DNA of 63,308 nucleotides, counting the filler, from Octopus bimaculoides (taxonomy: Eukaryota): NCBI RefSeq assembly GCF_001194135.2. It is 3 parts of 3 records of this genome, joined end to end, with 100 filler letters (N's around TTAATTAATTAA, not from the genome) between each part and the next. Parts side by side here need not be neighbours in the genome. Positions count along the whole stretch, not along the records: positions 31,309 to 62,138 come from NC_068984.1; 2 more parts are not named here. One strand, 5' to 3'. The position numbers and the translations under genes were made by a program. This document shows positions 45,850-60,686 of the stretch, piece after piece. Numbering within the stretch: position 1 is the first letter of the stretch; each line of letters begins with the position of its first letter. Below the pieces are notes generated by a model. The model had not been told where the DNA came from, made no database searches, and saw only the letters and a list, made by a program, of their open reading frames with translations.

Positions 45850-46218
45850 CGGTTATGACGACGAGGGTTCCAGTTGATCCGATCAACGGAACAGCCTGCT
45901 CGTGAAATTAACGTGCAAGTGGCTGAGCACTCCACAGACACGTGTACCCATAACGTAGTTCTCGGGGAGATTCAGCGTGACACAGAGTGTGACAAGGTTG
46001 GCCCTTTGAAATACAGGTACAACAGAAACAGGAAGAAAGAATGAGAGAAAGTTGTGATGAAAGAATACAGCAGTGTTCGCCACCATCCCCTGCCGGAGCC
46101 TCGTGGAGCTTTAGGAGTTTTCGCTCAATAAACACTCACAACGCCCGGTCTGGGAATCGAAACCGCTATCCTACGACCGCGAGTTCGCTGCCCTGACCAC
46201 TGGGCCATTGTACCTCCA
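45850..46218 (-). mobile_element. tRNA-derived SINE family C, full-length
   Basis: Collinear and highly similar to 18948-19326. Confidence 0.88.
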
Positions 46219-47729
46219 TGGGGGCGGGATTAGTATATTAGGGAAGGGAATCGTGAAGATGCGATTTTAAGGCTGCAACGTCCACTAATATAGCTTAAAT
46301 AGCAAAAAAAAATAGAAAAGAAAAAGCATTGGATTTTATTTATCAAAACTCTATGTATGGAGTCAAGCACTCGAAGGCCTATATTTTTATAGGAGTTAGT
46401 TCTATCAAACAAAAATAAAGGAAATAAAAAAAAAGAAAACACTACTGCCCACACATTTAGAATCTCAAAACTGTCTTACTAAATATTACTATATATGTAC
46501 ATCTTGCAAAGAAAACAGTGTATCCTTCCGGCTAAGGAGATAAAGTTTGAGAAAGTAAAATGATATGCACGTAATAAGAAGCTGTAGTCTCTGTACCTTG
46601 TTGAACAAACATTCAGAACACTTTTGTTTTTGAAAAGAAATGGTAAGGTATTCAAATATTTTAATTTCATTGACTATTCCCACATTATTAACATATCTGT
46701 CGAACAAATCTTAAGGAATGGCGATTTTCATCATAGTCAGAAAATGTGTCTTTCGTACATAGATATTGATCATCTACAAGACACCTGTGAAACTTGCAAT
46801 AGAGTATTTATTCCACTTCTTACATTTTTCTACTGATGCCCAAAGAAACGTTTTTGACGGCATTCAGAGAAAAGTTGGTATTACATCACTCCCAAGCGCA
46901 CCACACACCTCTCCAAACCCACCAACAACATCCTCTCTTATTTGGATGCATTCTATGACCAGTCCAAATATACTTGAGGCTCATTCAAACTGGGGAACAA
47001 GCCGAACATTGTATTTACACTTATTACTACTTGCGCTCCCATTCCGTAATCTCATATTTGATTTTTCACAGATCCTACAATGGTTTTAGTACTTCCACTC
47101 AATATTTCGATGAATAGGTACAAGGACTTATAATTCAGAAAAAAAAACTGCTCCTAGGAGTTTTGTCGTAGCTCATATTATTTATGAAATATATAACTTG
47201 CTACGATTTAAGGAGAAAGTTAAAAGTAAAATTTGCACAGAAAACAGGAAAGCTACAGGCTAGAAAGTGCATAAGTTGTGCAAACAAATATTAGGAATAT
47301 ATACATATGTGTGTGTGCCCGTGCGCATGTGTTTCTGTGCGCGCGTGCCTTCTGCGTATGTATATTTGCATGTATGTATATTTAAGGAAAGACTTTGAAA
47401 AATCTTTCGAAAAATAGAATGGTCCTGATTGATTGGGAGGTTCGTATCATTCTCTTTTCTAGCTATCATTTAAATAGTTCACAATTTTTCAAAATAGTCA
47501 TTATTTAAATATGGAGACCGTAGCAAATATTTTTCGGCCACAAACACTCACCCACATAAACTCATACAAAAAAACCCTCTCTTTTTACCGAGTAACAAAC
47601 TAATACATCCCACGTGCACGTCCTCTTGTTTTGTCAAGGTTACTTTTTACGTTCGATTATTCGATTTGACTATATACAAAGTGCTATCAAAATTCCGCGG
47701 ATAAGTTATGTTTAATAAAAAGAATAACT

Positions 47730-47950
47730 TATTTATCTAAGTTTTAACGTCATCTTCTTCGAAGTAGTCGCCTTGCACAGCAATACACCGGTCCCAGCGC
47801 AAATGTCACAGTTGGAATCCAGTCTGTCAGCCGTTTCTGTAAGGGAGTCGGGGATGTTATTTTCTAGTATTTTGACTCACGTGGACCGGTTTCTAGACTG
47901 GCATTATCGCTTCCCCACCTTCTTCAGCTGGAGAATTCACAAAAAAAAAC
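47730..47950 (-). mobile_element. Mariner transposase C-terminal relic (a different element from 10586-11836)
   Basis: GFQL*HLRWDRCIAVQGDYFEEDDVKT*, similar to FQxWxxRWxRCIxxxGDYFE. An upstream LQLKKVGKR resembles PKLKxxLKGRRF. Confidence 0.75.
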
Positions 47951-48763
47951 CCCCAGAAGATGAAGACAGTGTATTACTTTAACAGATGTATTAGTTTAAC
48001 GCTCGCGAAGTGAGAAATCTTTAACATTGCGAGCCTGCGCTCTTCCACAGAAAGAAACACAGAAAGAAATGTATGTATTTTTTTATGTATATATGAACAT
48101 CATCTCTTATTTGTTTCTGTCTACTAGACAGCGGCCAAGATGGAGTACCGCCTCAAAGAGTTCAGTCGAACAAATTCACCCCTGATCAGTGTCTGTTTCA
48201 ACCTAGAACGTATTCATTTGTTTTGCCAAACCACTAAGTTGCTGTAACGTAAATAAAACAAGTGTAGTTGCCTGGTAGTAGATGGGTGGCAGACAAAAGT
48301 ACGAAGCTTTGTCGGCCTGGAACTAGAGTAGAAGACATATGGCCAGGGTGACACACAATGAGATGGAACCGGCATCAGTGTAGTCTTATTATGAAAAAAG
48401 TGAAACAAAACTAAAATAAAAAGAAAATGTAAAGCTGAAACATAAATGACGAAGTAGTAATTCTGTATTCGTAAAATGGAAAATGGAAAAAAGAAGACAA
48501 GTATAAATACAGCGAAGAGCGTGCTGATGTAGAACCACGCAAACCGAGATCTTTGGAAGCAGAAGTGTGTTTGTGCACATGCACACATGCACACATGCAC
48601 ACATACGCACAAACACACACACACAGAATCACGCGCATGCATATATCTATGTCTGACTACCTACCTATCTCTGTCTCTATCTCTCTCTCTGTATGTGAAT
48701 ATATGTATATGTGTGTGTATATATGTGTGTGCGTGTGTAATTATATATATATATGTATATATG

Positions 48764-48834
<71 letters not shown>

Positions 48835-49899
48835 GTATGTATGTATGTTTGTATGCATGTATCGATGTATATATATATATATATCCATACAGATGAAGAG
48901 TGAGTGAGTGAGAAGAAATAAAACAAAATGAGACACATGAAATGCGAGCTGATCAAACGTCATTCAAAATAGAGCCTCTGCCCAACTCTCTTACCATTAA
49001 TCATTTCAGATTTTTCGCTTTCATTCAATCTCTGGAACTCTTTTTTATTTCTTCCTTTGAAGTGGTGATATTACTGATATCTCTATCTCGAATAAGATGT
49101 AACACACAGAACATCAACAAAATCACATACGCACACACGAATATTAACGCCTACTTACACACACACGTAAGGTAGCAACCTTGTATAACAATATGCACAT
49201 GTATAATTGCGAATGCTAATAACAGTATAGGAAGAATAAATATGAACAGATACGATTTATAACACTTTTATCCGTATACATGCGAGTATGTATATAATGC
49301 ACACATACATAAGCGCATACATACATGTATGCATGTGCATATAAATATATATGCACATACATAGTAATAATAAGATTAAAACGTTGTCAGTTTTAAGGAA
49401 AATATATTTTTCGTGCACAGAATTCTGTACTGAGGTTCATAAAAATTAAAATGTTCCAGTTGTAGCATCAGTATGTATATATAGAAATATCGTTAAAACA
49501 AAGAGATTATTGAAAATATAAAGCATAGATAGAATGCAGAATCGAGTTAGATCCTTTCTCTTATTTGTCAGGGAAGATTCTAGAAAAGTATTTCATAGTG
49601 TTGTCGAAAGAAAAAAAGACTATATAGTTAAAGGAATCCCTGGCACTCACATTGTCTGTATTGTGATTTTAGTAACGCAAAAGTTCAGTTTTTCGGTGTC
49701 TGCTCTATTGCCTAACCTATATTAAATATTTCATATGACGTCTTAACTCTGAATTCTTCTTATTGTCGTACATCTGAAACTGACGGCTTGCATACGAGAG
49801 GCATTGCAAATTTTATTTTGTTTCTCATCCCTTATCTTTCTACACTTTGTATTTTTTCTCTTGCAGAATATGTACAAATGCTTACATCAGCTAGAGCAT

Positions 49900-50020
49900 C
49901 TTATATTTCGCCTACCGCTTCTGAGTTTTGGGGGAAATGTTGTGTGAAAATGTTTTTGAACTCGATGATACCTTCTTTAAAGAAAGTAAAAATGTTATCA
50001 TCTACATCTCATATATATTA
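49900..50020 (-). mobile_element. Penelope-like RT relic
   Basis: atg aga t gta gat gat aac att ttt act ttc ttt gives MR(Y)VDDNIFTFFKEGIIEFKNIFTQHFPK if a 2-nt loss is allowed. Confidence 0.45.
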
Positions 50021-50756
50021 ATGTCTTTTTTATTCACATTTTCTATTTTCCACGCTTTTAATCGTTTTATTTTCAATTTCAGTTCTTGTGAGTTTTTACT
50101 TTGTGTATGTTTTTGATTGCTTTTCCCGGCAACGTTTGGAGTGTATATTTCTATTGCAGTATTTTTCTTCCTTTACAGATTGTCTGTACTTCTGTTGTTA
50201 GAATGGAGTATTTTGTAGAGGTTTTTCGCAATTACTTACCATATTTTTATGTCTTTGTGGTAAGAAAGACGGTATCCAACAAATGCAATATCAAATAGGG
50301 ATTCAAAGTTACACTGTACAACACACATTCTTTCCACCAAAATCTATATCTCAAAATTATATACACTAAAATTTACGCCCGTTTTCAATGCTGGCACGGG
50401 TTGCACAGGAGTTGGAAGGTCAGAGTTACCGCAAAACTCATCTGCCTGCACTGGTAAGGTTTGTACACCTGAATACCCTTCCTAACGGCAAAAACATTGC
50501 AGAGAGCACTGGGTGCTTCTTAGATCTTTCTAGCGTCATTTAGCTCCCCAAATAATTTACAACACAAGAACCTGGATAAATTGCATTGATAAATTTGGTT
50601 TTGTGCCAGATAAAATGTGAGAGCATGAGTAGAAAGATAGAATTAGGTGCATTGTGGTAAAGGATGTAATGTGGCTAACTTTGTTGGAGAGGGAGAGGGA
50701 AGAGAGAAGAGAGGAATGTTGAAAATATGACGTGGGTAGGGCAGCCAAGTCACACA

Positions 50757-50789
<33 letters not shown>

Positions 50790-51837
50790 CTACATACACA
50801 CACACGTATATTTATAAATATATATGTATATCGTTGTTATTCTGATGCATTATAAATGTAGCAACACGGGAATTATAATTCAAGTGAGTGGCATAGAATA
50901 TCCTATAACAAATTTCTTCCTCTCATTGCTTAGTGAAGTGTGCTATTTAACGCATTAATTATGTCATCTTTGTTTCCCGCATCAGTGTATATCTAGGCGT
51001 CTATATGCGTGTGGGAGTGAGACCGCTGGATTTCGTAGTGGCTGACATTTGACCTCCGTGTTGACAAATTAATGGGTTGCCATCATATTCTACAAATCTG
51101 TAAAAACTATGTCTGCATATGTCTGCCATGTAAAATAATAATTACAAATACATAAACTAGACATATGATTTATGCTGCTTCTGGAGACATAAAACGATAT
51201 TAACTGTTGAATTATTCTCTTATTATATATGTATCCTTTCTTCTGTTCCTCGTTATATATATTGACTAGTTTCTTTTTTCTTTCTCTTTCTTGAGATTTA
51301 CTTGTGATATGCATATGAGTTTATATAAACACACCTACTGGCCATTGGTATAAATTTATGATAATATAAACAGGTTCCTGATAAAGCAGCTTTCGATTCC
51401 ACCGATGTAATAATACACTGTGTGTCTATAGCTTCGTATCAATACACTTTTGTACGAATGATGGTGAAACAATTCTAAATTGATGTGATAAAGCAATTAG
51501 ATCACACCAATATGGTTCTTGATAATAATATTTACTATACGAATATTATGTATTTTCGGTTATATGTTCTGTAAAATCCTGTCTCCGATTTATAATTGCA
51601 TTCGATAGCCTTTATCATCCGTTGAAGAACTTAAAACTGTATTCACCAGGTTTAAAACTCTCATAAACATGCACATGCTTGGTTGTGAGTTTGAGTGTCA
51701 AAGAGACAGTGCATATAGGTTGTTAGATATAAAGGAAATCATATAGGTATCTTTCTTAGACATACTTTGTATCAAAGAGTACAAATTTCATGCCAAAATT
51801 ATAAAAAAAACCGATCCCTCACTCTATCTCACGCTCC

Positions 51838-51904
<67 letters not shown>

Positions 51905-53360
51905 TTCGTCTCCCCTGTACCCATTCTCACCTTCCGTCTATCTCTGCCCTCTCATCCTTCTCATTCTATCCCCCTTCCCTCCTCTCTGCTGAAAGAGGCA
52001 AAGATAAAGACTCAACAGTTTCCTTTGTGTATAACAGCTATTTACGTATATATTTTATCTATTCGTTTCTATACCAATTTTCGACTCTTTATATTCATCG
52101 TGGTTTTTAAACGGCTGTCATAGAAATGAGCTCTTGTCTTAATCATTTTGTACAAAATATTCTCGTCATAAATTATTATTTTTTTTTTTGTTTAATGATA
52201 TTTCAACGGTTACCATACACTTCTGATTTTTATATCATCGGTGCATATATAGATTAAAATCATAATATGTTACTTTTGGCAAATACCGCTGACGAAGGCA
52301 CCACGTGCCAACTATGTGTATAAAAGTCTTTTTGTTAAAATCAAGATCATATGTGTTGAGTATTTGGAATGAATTTTGAACCATTTTCCATATGTAGATT
52401 GATCATATTTTAAAGATTCTCTCACATATATCTGTTCTTTTATCTCATTATATTATTGCTCTAAAGCAGATCAATTGATATCTTAATTGCTTTCCAGAAA
52501 ATAATTACTTTCGTTTTAATGGCAAGTATTTATCCTTATAATAACTCTAAAAGCTAAATTCCTAAACTCAATTTTCAATTTACTTTTTGTTTCTCGTTTC
52601 GGTAATTCAAGCATATTTCATAAAACATTCACGAAGAAAATTCAGCATAATTGGGTAAATAGTATTTAAGCTATTTCAAGAGAAAAAGTCTTCTACACTT
52701 CAGGGTGTATAAATGGTAAAATCCTTACGCAAGTTAATTTCCAGTGCCAGTGATGGAGGCAATATGTGTTTATGAGATTCAATAAACTTCTGACTGCTAC
52801 AAAGTGTTCGTGATCGGAGAGACAAAATCGAAAACATTACAAAATATTTCATTCAGTGGTTTGAATATATTATATCTGTCGCGTTTTCCTGTACTTACAT
52901 ATAATTATATATGCACATCCATACATACACTCGTACACACACGTCATTTCTAATCTGTTGAGAAAATTGACATATACAGACATGCATATATAAATATATG
53001 GGTGTTTACATGTATACACATACTCACACACAGCTATATATATATATATATATATNNNNNNNNNNNNNNNNNNNNNNNNNNNNNNNNNNNNNNNNNNNNN
53101 NNNNNNNNNNNNNNNNNNNNNNNNNNNNNNNNNNNNNNNNNNNNNNNNNNNNNNNNNNNNNNNNNNNNNNNNNNNNNNNNNNNNNNNNNNNNNNNNNNNN
53201 NNNNNNNNNNNNNNNNNNNNNNNNNNNNNNNNNNNNNNNNNNNNNNNNNNNNNNNNNNNNNNNNNNNNNNNNNNNNNNNNNNNNNNNNNNNNNNNNNNNN
53301 NNNNNNNNNNNNNNNNNNNNNNNNNNNNNNNNNNNNNNNNNNNNNNNNNNNNNNNNNNNN

Positions 53361-53435
<75 letters not shown>

Positions 53436-54201
53436 TTGAGAGAGGTAAGAGATACACGTATATACATGCGTGTGCGTGTGGTCTATTTTATTGTATGTGT
53501 GTTGCATGGCTGTCTGTAGATATAGTATATTAATGAATGTATGTCAGTACCAGTACAGATGGAACATCTACTGGTGAGATGCCAATATGTAATGAATAGA
53601 CAGCCAAATCGATATATTTCACAGTCGAAATAAGTGAGCTACAACTGATTGTTGACAGTTTTTACTGTAATCATATGCACATACCATTTGGCTAAAGCAA
53701 TTTATCCACACTGTGTCACATACAAGTTACAGACTTACACACACATATTTGCGTACGGCGTGTTTGCCTGCATATTCAGACACGCACACACAAACATAAA
53801 CATATATGCGTATGTCACTGTGTATCTATATGTGTGTATATGGATTTGAAAATATATATCTTAAATGCATACAAGGCAATGTGTAATGAAGCAATACTTA
53901 TAAGAATGTCAAAAACAGAGTGGAAACGAAGAATGGGGACGTAAAATGGTGGCTGTATTTTCTAAATTTGAGAATCATAGGAGTGTATTAACGGAGAGTC
54001 ATTAAATGAGATATTCTCAGGTTTTGAGGGAGAGAGGAATTTCAGGAGAGAGATATAGAAAGGTCAAAATAATATTGGTTTCAAATGACAATAAAATAGA
54101 GTTTGTGTAAAAGACTAAATGTTAGAATGTGTTTGAAGTAAATATCTCTTTGTGTAGTACTTGTTCTGGCTCTCTGCACCCTGAGTTCAAGCTCTTATTT
54201 C

Positions 54202-54385
54202 TTTACTACCCACAAGGGGCTACACACAGAGGGGACAAAAAAGGACAGACACACGCACTAAATTGATTATATCGACCCCAGTGCGTAACTGGTACTTATT
54301 TAATCGACCACGGATGGGTGAAAGGCAAAATCGACCTGGGTGGAATGTGAATTCAGAACGTAACGGCAAACGAAGAACCGCTGAG
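54202..54385 (-). mobile_element. SINE family B copy
   Basis: cccacaaggggctacacacagaggggacaaa...gaccccagtgcgtaactggtactta...ggaatgtgaattcagaacg. Confidence 0.75.
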
Positions 54386-54415
54386 CATGTATATGTATAT
54401 ATAGATATATATGTG

Positions 54416-54456
<41 letters not shown>

Positions 54457-54745
54457 NNNNNNNNNNNNNNNNNNNNNNNNNNNNNNNNNNNNNNNNNNNN
54501 NNNNNNNNNNNNNNNNNNNNNNNNNNNNNNNNNNNNNNNNNNNNNNNNNNNNNNNNNNNNNNNNNNNNNNNNNNNNNNNNNNNNNNNNNNNNNNNNNNNN
54601 NNNNNNNNNNNNNNNNNNNNNNNNNNNNNNNNNNNNNNNNNNNNNNNNNNNNNNNNNNNNNNNNNNNNNNNNNNNNNNNNNNNNNNNNNNNNNNNNNNNN
54701 NNNNNNNNNNNNNNNNNNNNNNNNNNNNNNNNNNNNNNNNNNNNN

Positions 54746-54802
<57 letters not shown>

Positions 54803-55046
54803 GATTGATATAAACGTATACATTTAAGCATACATATATACATGCATATATGGGATTGAGTGTGCGTGTTTGTGTGTCCCAAATTTCGTCATGTGCATTA
54901 AGTAAGTAAATCAGTTAGAAATAAATACCTACGCTTTTGTGAACGTGACATCGGCATAATATTGACTTCAATTCTTAAAACGACTTTCAGTTTTTAGTTT
55001 ATTTGCATGTGTCTCTGTACGTGTATTTGTTTGCATATGTATGTTT

Positions 55047-55086
<40 letters not shown>

Positions 55087-55942
55087 AAGAGAGAGAGCGT
55101 ATGTGTGGGAAGTGTGTGTTTCTGTACGCGTGCGTGTGTTAAGTGTGTGTTTGTGTATGTGTGTTAAGTGTGTGTTTGTGCGTGTGCCTACTTGTAATGA
55201 CAGCGAGTATTGAGCATGTATTAGAAGTTCACTTAGATTTTCTTATATCTGATTTTGTAGTTTTATGCTCTTCTGTTTTCACCATAAACATGTTTAAATT
55301 GTTAAACAAAAGAGATCTAGTGTGATTGACATTATCAAGGGCGTATATTCTGTGAACTACTCCATGGCATTTTTATATCCTTTCATAAGCTTAGATACAA
55401 GTGCACTGGAAATTATACAAGCATGATTTGCAGAACAAATAAATAAGGTAGTAAATAAATAAATGATTTTAAAATAAAGTACAGCTTGATTTGAACTGAT
55501 ATGTTTGATATCACGCAGATTATTCTGCAGCAATCTCGATGACGAAGCATACCAGAGTAGAAAAAGAAAAAGAATACGAAAATAAGGTGACAGATAATAC
55601 TCTGATTAACACTTTTATTCTGTATACCAATAAGATAACAACAATAAGATCGGGAAATAGTTGCATAAAGACAGAGAGAAAAAATGTCATGTTAAATCGT
55701 GCACTCAGTATTTTTACATATGTGTCATGAATGTAAGTGCGTGTGTCCTACAGTGTACAGAAGATAATGTACGTATGGAACTCAAAGCGTTTGTAGTGTG
55801 AACGGCCATTCATCATGAGAAAGTGTGTTATTCTAAATCACACGATATACGCACGTTTCGGCATTTTAAAAATAAATTATGTATAGTCGACTGCAATGAC
55901 GATAATATTTAATATGCGCACGGATAAATGTATGTATGTTTT

Positions 55943-56023
<81 letters not shown>

Positions 56024-56518
56024 CAGCAAAGATTAAATAAAGAGTAAACTTTCATTAACCACAACTTAACAAGAACACAGGAACACACAACTTCATACAA
56101 TACACTACTAACCTTACTAATACTAATGATCCCACTAATCCTCAGAAATCTCATATACCATTCATATTCTAAGAATCATATCTACCTTACTTGCATCACT
56201 TTCCTTTCAGAACTGCTTACCTCCCTTGCAATCTTACTATTAGACTCAACACCGTTTGGAAATCAGTGTTCATTCAAAGTAAGTGATCAGCTCTGACGAA
56301 GCTGGTATGGCTTTGACTTTCTATAATGACTCATAATAATGAATATTATACTTAATTCCACCTCAGATCCTTTATTTGTATTTATATATTTTTGTTTTTA
56401 ATAAAAGAAATGCAATTATTTTTATACCTAATGTGTATTTTATTTGTTTCTTTTTATTTTCCCCCCTATTCATACCACGTGTAGTCTTTTTCTGAAACCT
56501 GTTTTTATTATATATATA

Positions 56519-56690
56519 GGCACAGGGGCGGCTGTGTGGTAAGTAGCTTTTCCACCAATTCCATGGTACTGGGTTCAGTCGCACCGCGTGGCAACTTGGG
56601 TAAATGTCGTCTAATTATAGCCTCGGGCCGACCAAATCCTTGTGAGTGGATTTGGTAAACGGAAACTGAAAGACGTCCGTCATGTATATA
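56519..56690 (+). mobile_element. SINE family A 5' half ending in (TA)n at a gap
   Basis: ggcacaggggcggctgtgtggtaagtagc...gggttcagtcgcaccgcgtggcaacttggg...gtggatttggtaaacggaaactgaaag. Confidence 0.85.
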
Positions 56691-58704
56691 TATATATATA
56701 TATATATATNNNNNNNNNNNNNNNNNNNNNNNNNNNNNNNNNNNNNNNNNNNNNNNNNNNNNNNNNNNNNNNNNNNNNNNNNNNNNNNNNNNNNNNNNNN
56801 NNNNNNNNNNNNNNNNNNNNNNNNNNNNNNNNNNNNNNNNNNNNNNNNNNNNNNNNNNNNNNNNNNNNNNNNNNNNNNNNNNNNNNNNNNNNNNNNNNNN
56901 NNNNNNNNNNNNNNNNNNNNNNNNNNNNNNNNNNNNNNNNNNNNNNNNNNNNNNNNNNNNNNNNNNNNNNNNNNNNNNNNNNNNNNNNNNNNNNNNNNNN
57001 NNNNNNNNNNNNNNNNNNNNNNNNNNNNNNNNNNNNNNNNNNNNNNNNNNNNNNNNNNNNNNNNNNNNNNNNNNNNNNNNNNNNNNNNNNNNNNNNNNNN
57101 NNNNNNNNNNNNNNNNNNNNNNNNNNNNNNNNNNNNNNNNNNNNNNNNNNNNNNNNNNNNNNNNNNNNNNNNNNNNNNATATATATATATATACACATAT
57201 ATACATCCATATATACATACATATATACGTCTATGTGTTGTCTGTTTCTGTGTGCGTTGTCTGTTTCTAGATGGATAGAGAGCGAGTGAGAGATAGACGG
57301 AGAGATAGACAGAGAGATAGACAGAGAGATAGACAGAGAGATAGACAGAGAGATAGATTGCTCTATTACAAAATTTAAGTATAATTATATTAATGTATCC
57401 AACTGATTAAAAATTTCGATTTATGCAGCTGAAGATAGCAATGCATTTAAATTGATGTAATGATTGCATTGTCCAATTAAATGGAACCGCTTGAAACGGT
57501 CGTACTGCGTCATCTCTTGATATTCTGTTGCTTATTTTGATAGATAGATAGATAGATGTGTATGTTTGTACATATGAATGCACCGTCATGCCCCGTCTTG
57601 TCAGAACTCTCGAGACAGAAAGATATAACAAAATAAAAGAGAGTGTATTGTTTATGCATTTATAGTTAATTACCTCACCAAAAGAAAACTGCTTTATCCA
57701 TTGCGCAGCTCAAATGCCACGTTTATCTTATCATTGGTGGTGTGAATTATGTCTATCACGGCTGTTTGGAATCGAGAGCGGAGTGACAGAAAAAGACGCC
57801 TCTCCGCCAATACAATTAATTTTGTCCTTGATTTCTTCGAATTCTTCTGGAAACTCGAATTTGTGTCCACAACGAATGTTATTCACGATGAATCAAAACA
57901 GTCGGTTTATTTAGACTAGTGCTTGCTTCTGAAATAATGAGCTTCTCTTGGAGCCGTGAAAATTATATGATCGAATTATCGCCTCAAAGAAGTGCAGAAT
58001 TCTTATAGCAAAATAAAAATTGATTCTCACGATTTTCTGAGTTATTTTTAACATGCTACAAGGTTTAAGTAGACTCAAACCATAATACATGACAATCCAA
58101 CCACTCTGTGAATCGCATTTATTTCAGGAATAGAATGTTCCTGCTTTACTTACCTTTCGTAGATTGTTCTTTACTATTCCACCGATGTAAATAATTATGA
58201 ACGAAACCTTTGTAGATATAATGATGAAAGAAATAAAAAACTTATGCTTATGTGTATATTTCTGCCTTGTTTCCTTTACAGCAATTCGTCAATTACCAGA
58301 TATAATTCATATGAAGCTGCTTTTCGATTAATGGAAAGCAAATATTGTTCTGGCTGTTGCATACAAACATGACTATACGCATATTTATATACACACACAC
58401 GCACATACACATGTATAATAGACAGACAGACAGACAGACACATAGACAAGCACCCGCATACATATATATTCTGTATCTATATATGTGTGTGCGTGTGTAT
58501 ATGTGTGTATATGTGTGTATACATGCATACAAACGAATATAAATATATGAATGTAAGCACGTGGACAAGTAGGCACTTGAACAACATAAGATTATTAGTT
58601 GCTCGCATTTAAAGTACTGTGTATATTATACTTATATACATATCTATATATACGTGTATATGATTATATATGCGTTTATAACTATGTATATACCTGTATT
58701 CGTG

Positions 58705-58768
<64 letters not shown>

Positions 58769-59502
58769 GAGTACAGATAAAATTGCGTCTAATGGCGTAA
58801 TGGAATACGCAAGTTTGGATTTATTAATTAGTCTGTCTATTCAGACAGTTGTCTGATGGAGGAAACGAAACATTATTAAAATTGTGTATCATGTACGGCG
58901 TCATAAAACAAATGAGACGCGTATGTCTAGAGTAGCCTGAGAGAAAATCTTTAACGATCAAATGGGAGAGGAAAAAGCAGAAAAGAAGAGAAAATGGAAA
59001 TAAGAGAGTGGGAAAAGGATATTTCGAAAAGATAAGTATAACGTGCAGTCTACTGTTCGGGGAAGAGTGAGGATGTTTACATAGAAAGGATCCAAAAGAG
59101 AAGTATTAGAGAGACTGATACAGGCCAGAAATGCTAATTGGAAACATGTATAAGTAGGAAAATATCATTATTTTATATCATAATTAAAGTACCCTAAGAC
59201 AAATTTAATGGTTAAAAACTAATGATAATAAAAATATTTTATAAAAGCGTAGATAAAAATGGCTCTGATCTGTTGAGCGTTTGAACCAAAGGAGTCACGA
59301 TTGTTTCATTGAGAATGAAATGTGGGCAAATATTTATGATCTGGATATGAAGGCTCAGTATATTCAATGATGCCGTATTTTTTCACTAAGCTTAACATGC
59401 TCAAGTACTGTACTTTGTAACGTTGAACAAATACTTCATTTTCCGTTGTCAGTTTAAATAACTGACAAACATATTTCAGCTTTCTCTCTTACCATATACC
59501 AT

Positions 59503-60300
59503 ATGCCCGATATCCTGTCCTTGATACGAGCAAGTGTATGCAAACATACCTCGTTTACTCAGTACATTTTTTTTTTACCAAATTCGGTGACTACTACGTT
59601 GTTAGTGCGTCTGAACATTCCACATCGGACTGAAGGAACACTTGACTGCAGACGCATCTGTCTTACACACACTGACCACGGAGAGGAATATTGAAAATAT
59701 TTCTATCAACGATTCCTTGCTTATCCACTGGTTTAACCCGAATATCTTCGAACTTGGTTTTATCAATCACCCCGCAACATTGCCGCGGCAAAGGCCAGCA
59801 TCATCACTACTACGACTATAGCTCTTTCGCCTATACGAATAGAAGGATCCTCATAGGTTCACAATTCTTAATTATATTCTTCTGGTGATAGGCCAGTGTG
59901 CCTGAAATGTATGAAGATTTTTCGTCTTCTCTCTCTACAGTGTTAGGTCTTCTCTTTTCCATTTTCGTTTCTTATTCTCCATCCTCCATTTTGTACTGAC
60001 TCAAATGCAAGTCGACTAGATATTATATCTGCTTGCAACTACGTAGATGCTTAAAACAAGTAGCGAAATCATGATGCATACTACCTAGTTCTTGACAGAC
60101 AGGAGACGATATTTTATAACATATTACTCAAATTTTATTTCATCAAACCAATATTTAATTCCCTAATTCTCTGTCTACAGTAAATTTACCATCTACTGCT
60201 CCAAAAACATATCATCTAAACTTTATTTCGGTAGTCTCTCATTAAACTTCAATCCACTCAGCATGGAAGTAAACATTTTATCGCTCAGAGCTCTCGGAGT
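59503..60300 (+). mobile_element. Ancient CR1-like reverse transcriptase relic
   Basis: In the expected RT order across frameshifts: TQYIFFLPNSVTTTLL (similar to QFGFLPxRSTTTNLL), LD..T.DH, ggatcc-tcataggttca-caattcttaatt (similar to GSILGPxLFLI), and RALGVI. Confidence 0.5.
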
Positions 60301-60641
60301 AATCCCAAACCACCACTAAACATAAAGCGTATTATCGAATGTACTTTCCATCGATTTATGCTCTCCACAGTTCTCCAGACGAAACTCCATAATCAATGAT
60401 ACCTACAAGCATTCGGATTTCCACAACACCTCAGTCTACTGAAAGACCAGCACAGTGTGGCAAATAAATATCAGGGCTATATCAAAGCTCATCTGATTTT
60501 CAATGGTCGATTTAAGCAATACAAAATAATGCCAATTGCCACCCACCCGATACTAGGAGCCACGGGCTTAGGAACAAAAGCATGGTCAGTAGGTCTCTTT
60601 CTACAAAAGACATACGCAAACACGTAATATATGTATGTATG

Positions 60642-60686
<45 letters not shown>

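Noticed and set aside
46766-47089. 107-aa ORF as a gene
   Set aside because: NVFDGIQRKV and downstream fragments look like a decayed CR1/L2 ORF2 tail, and there is no support for a host gene.
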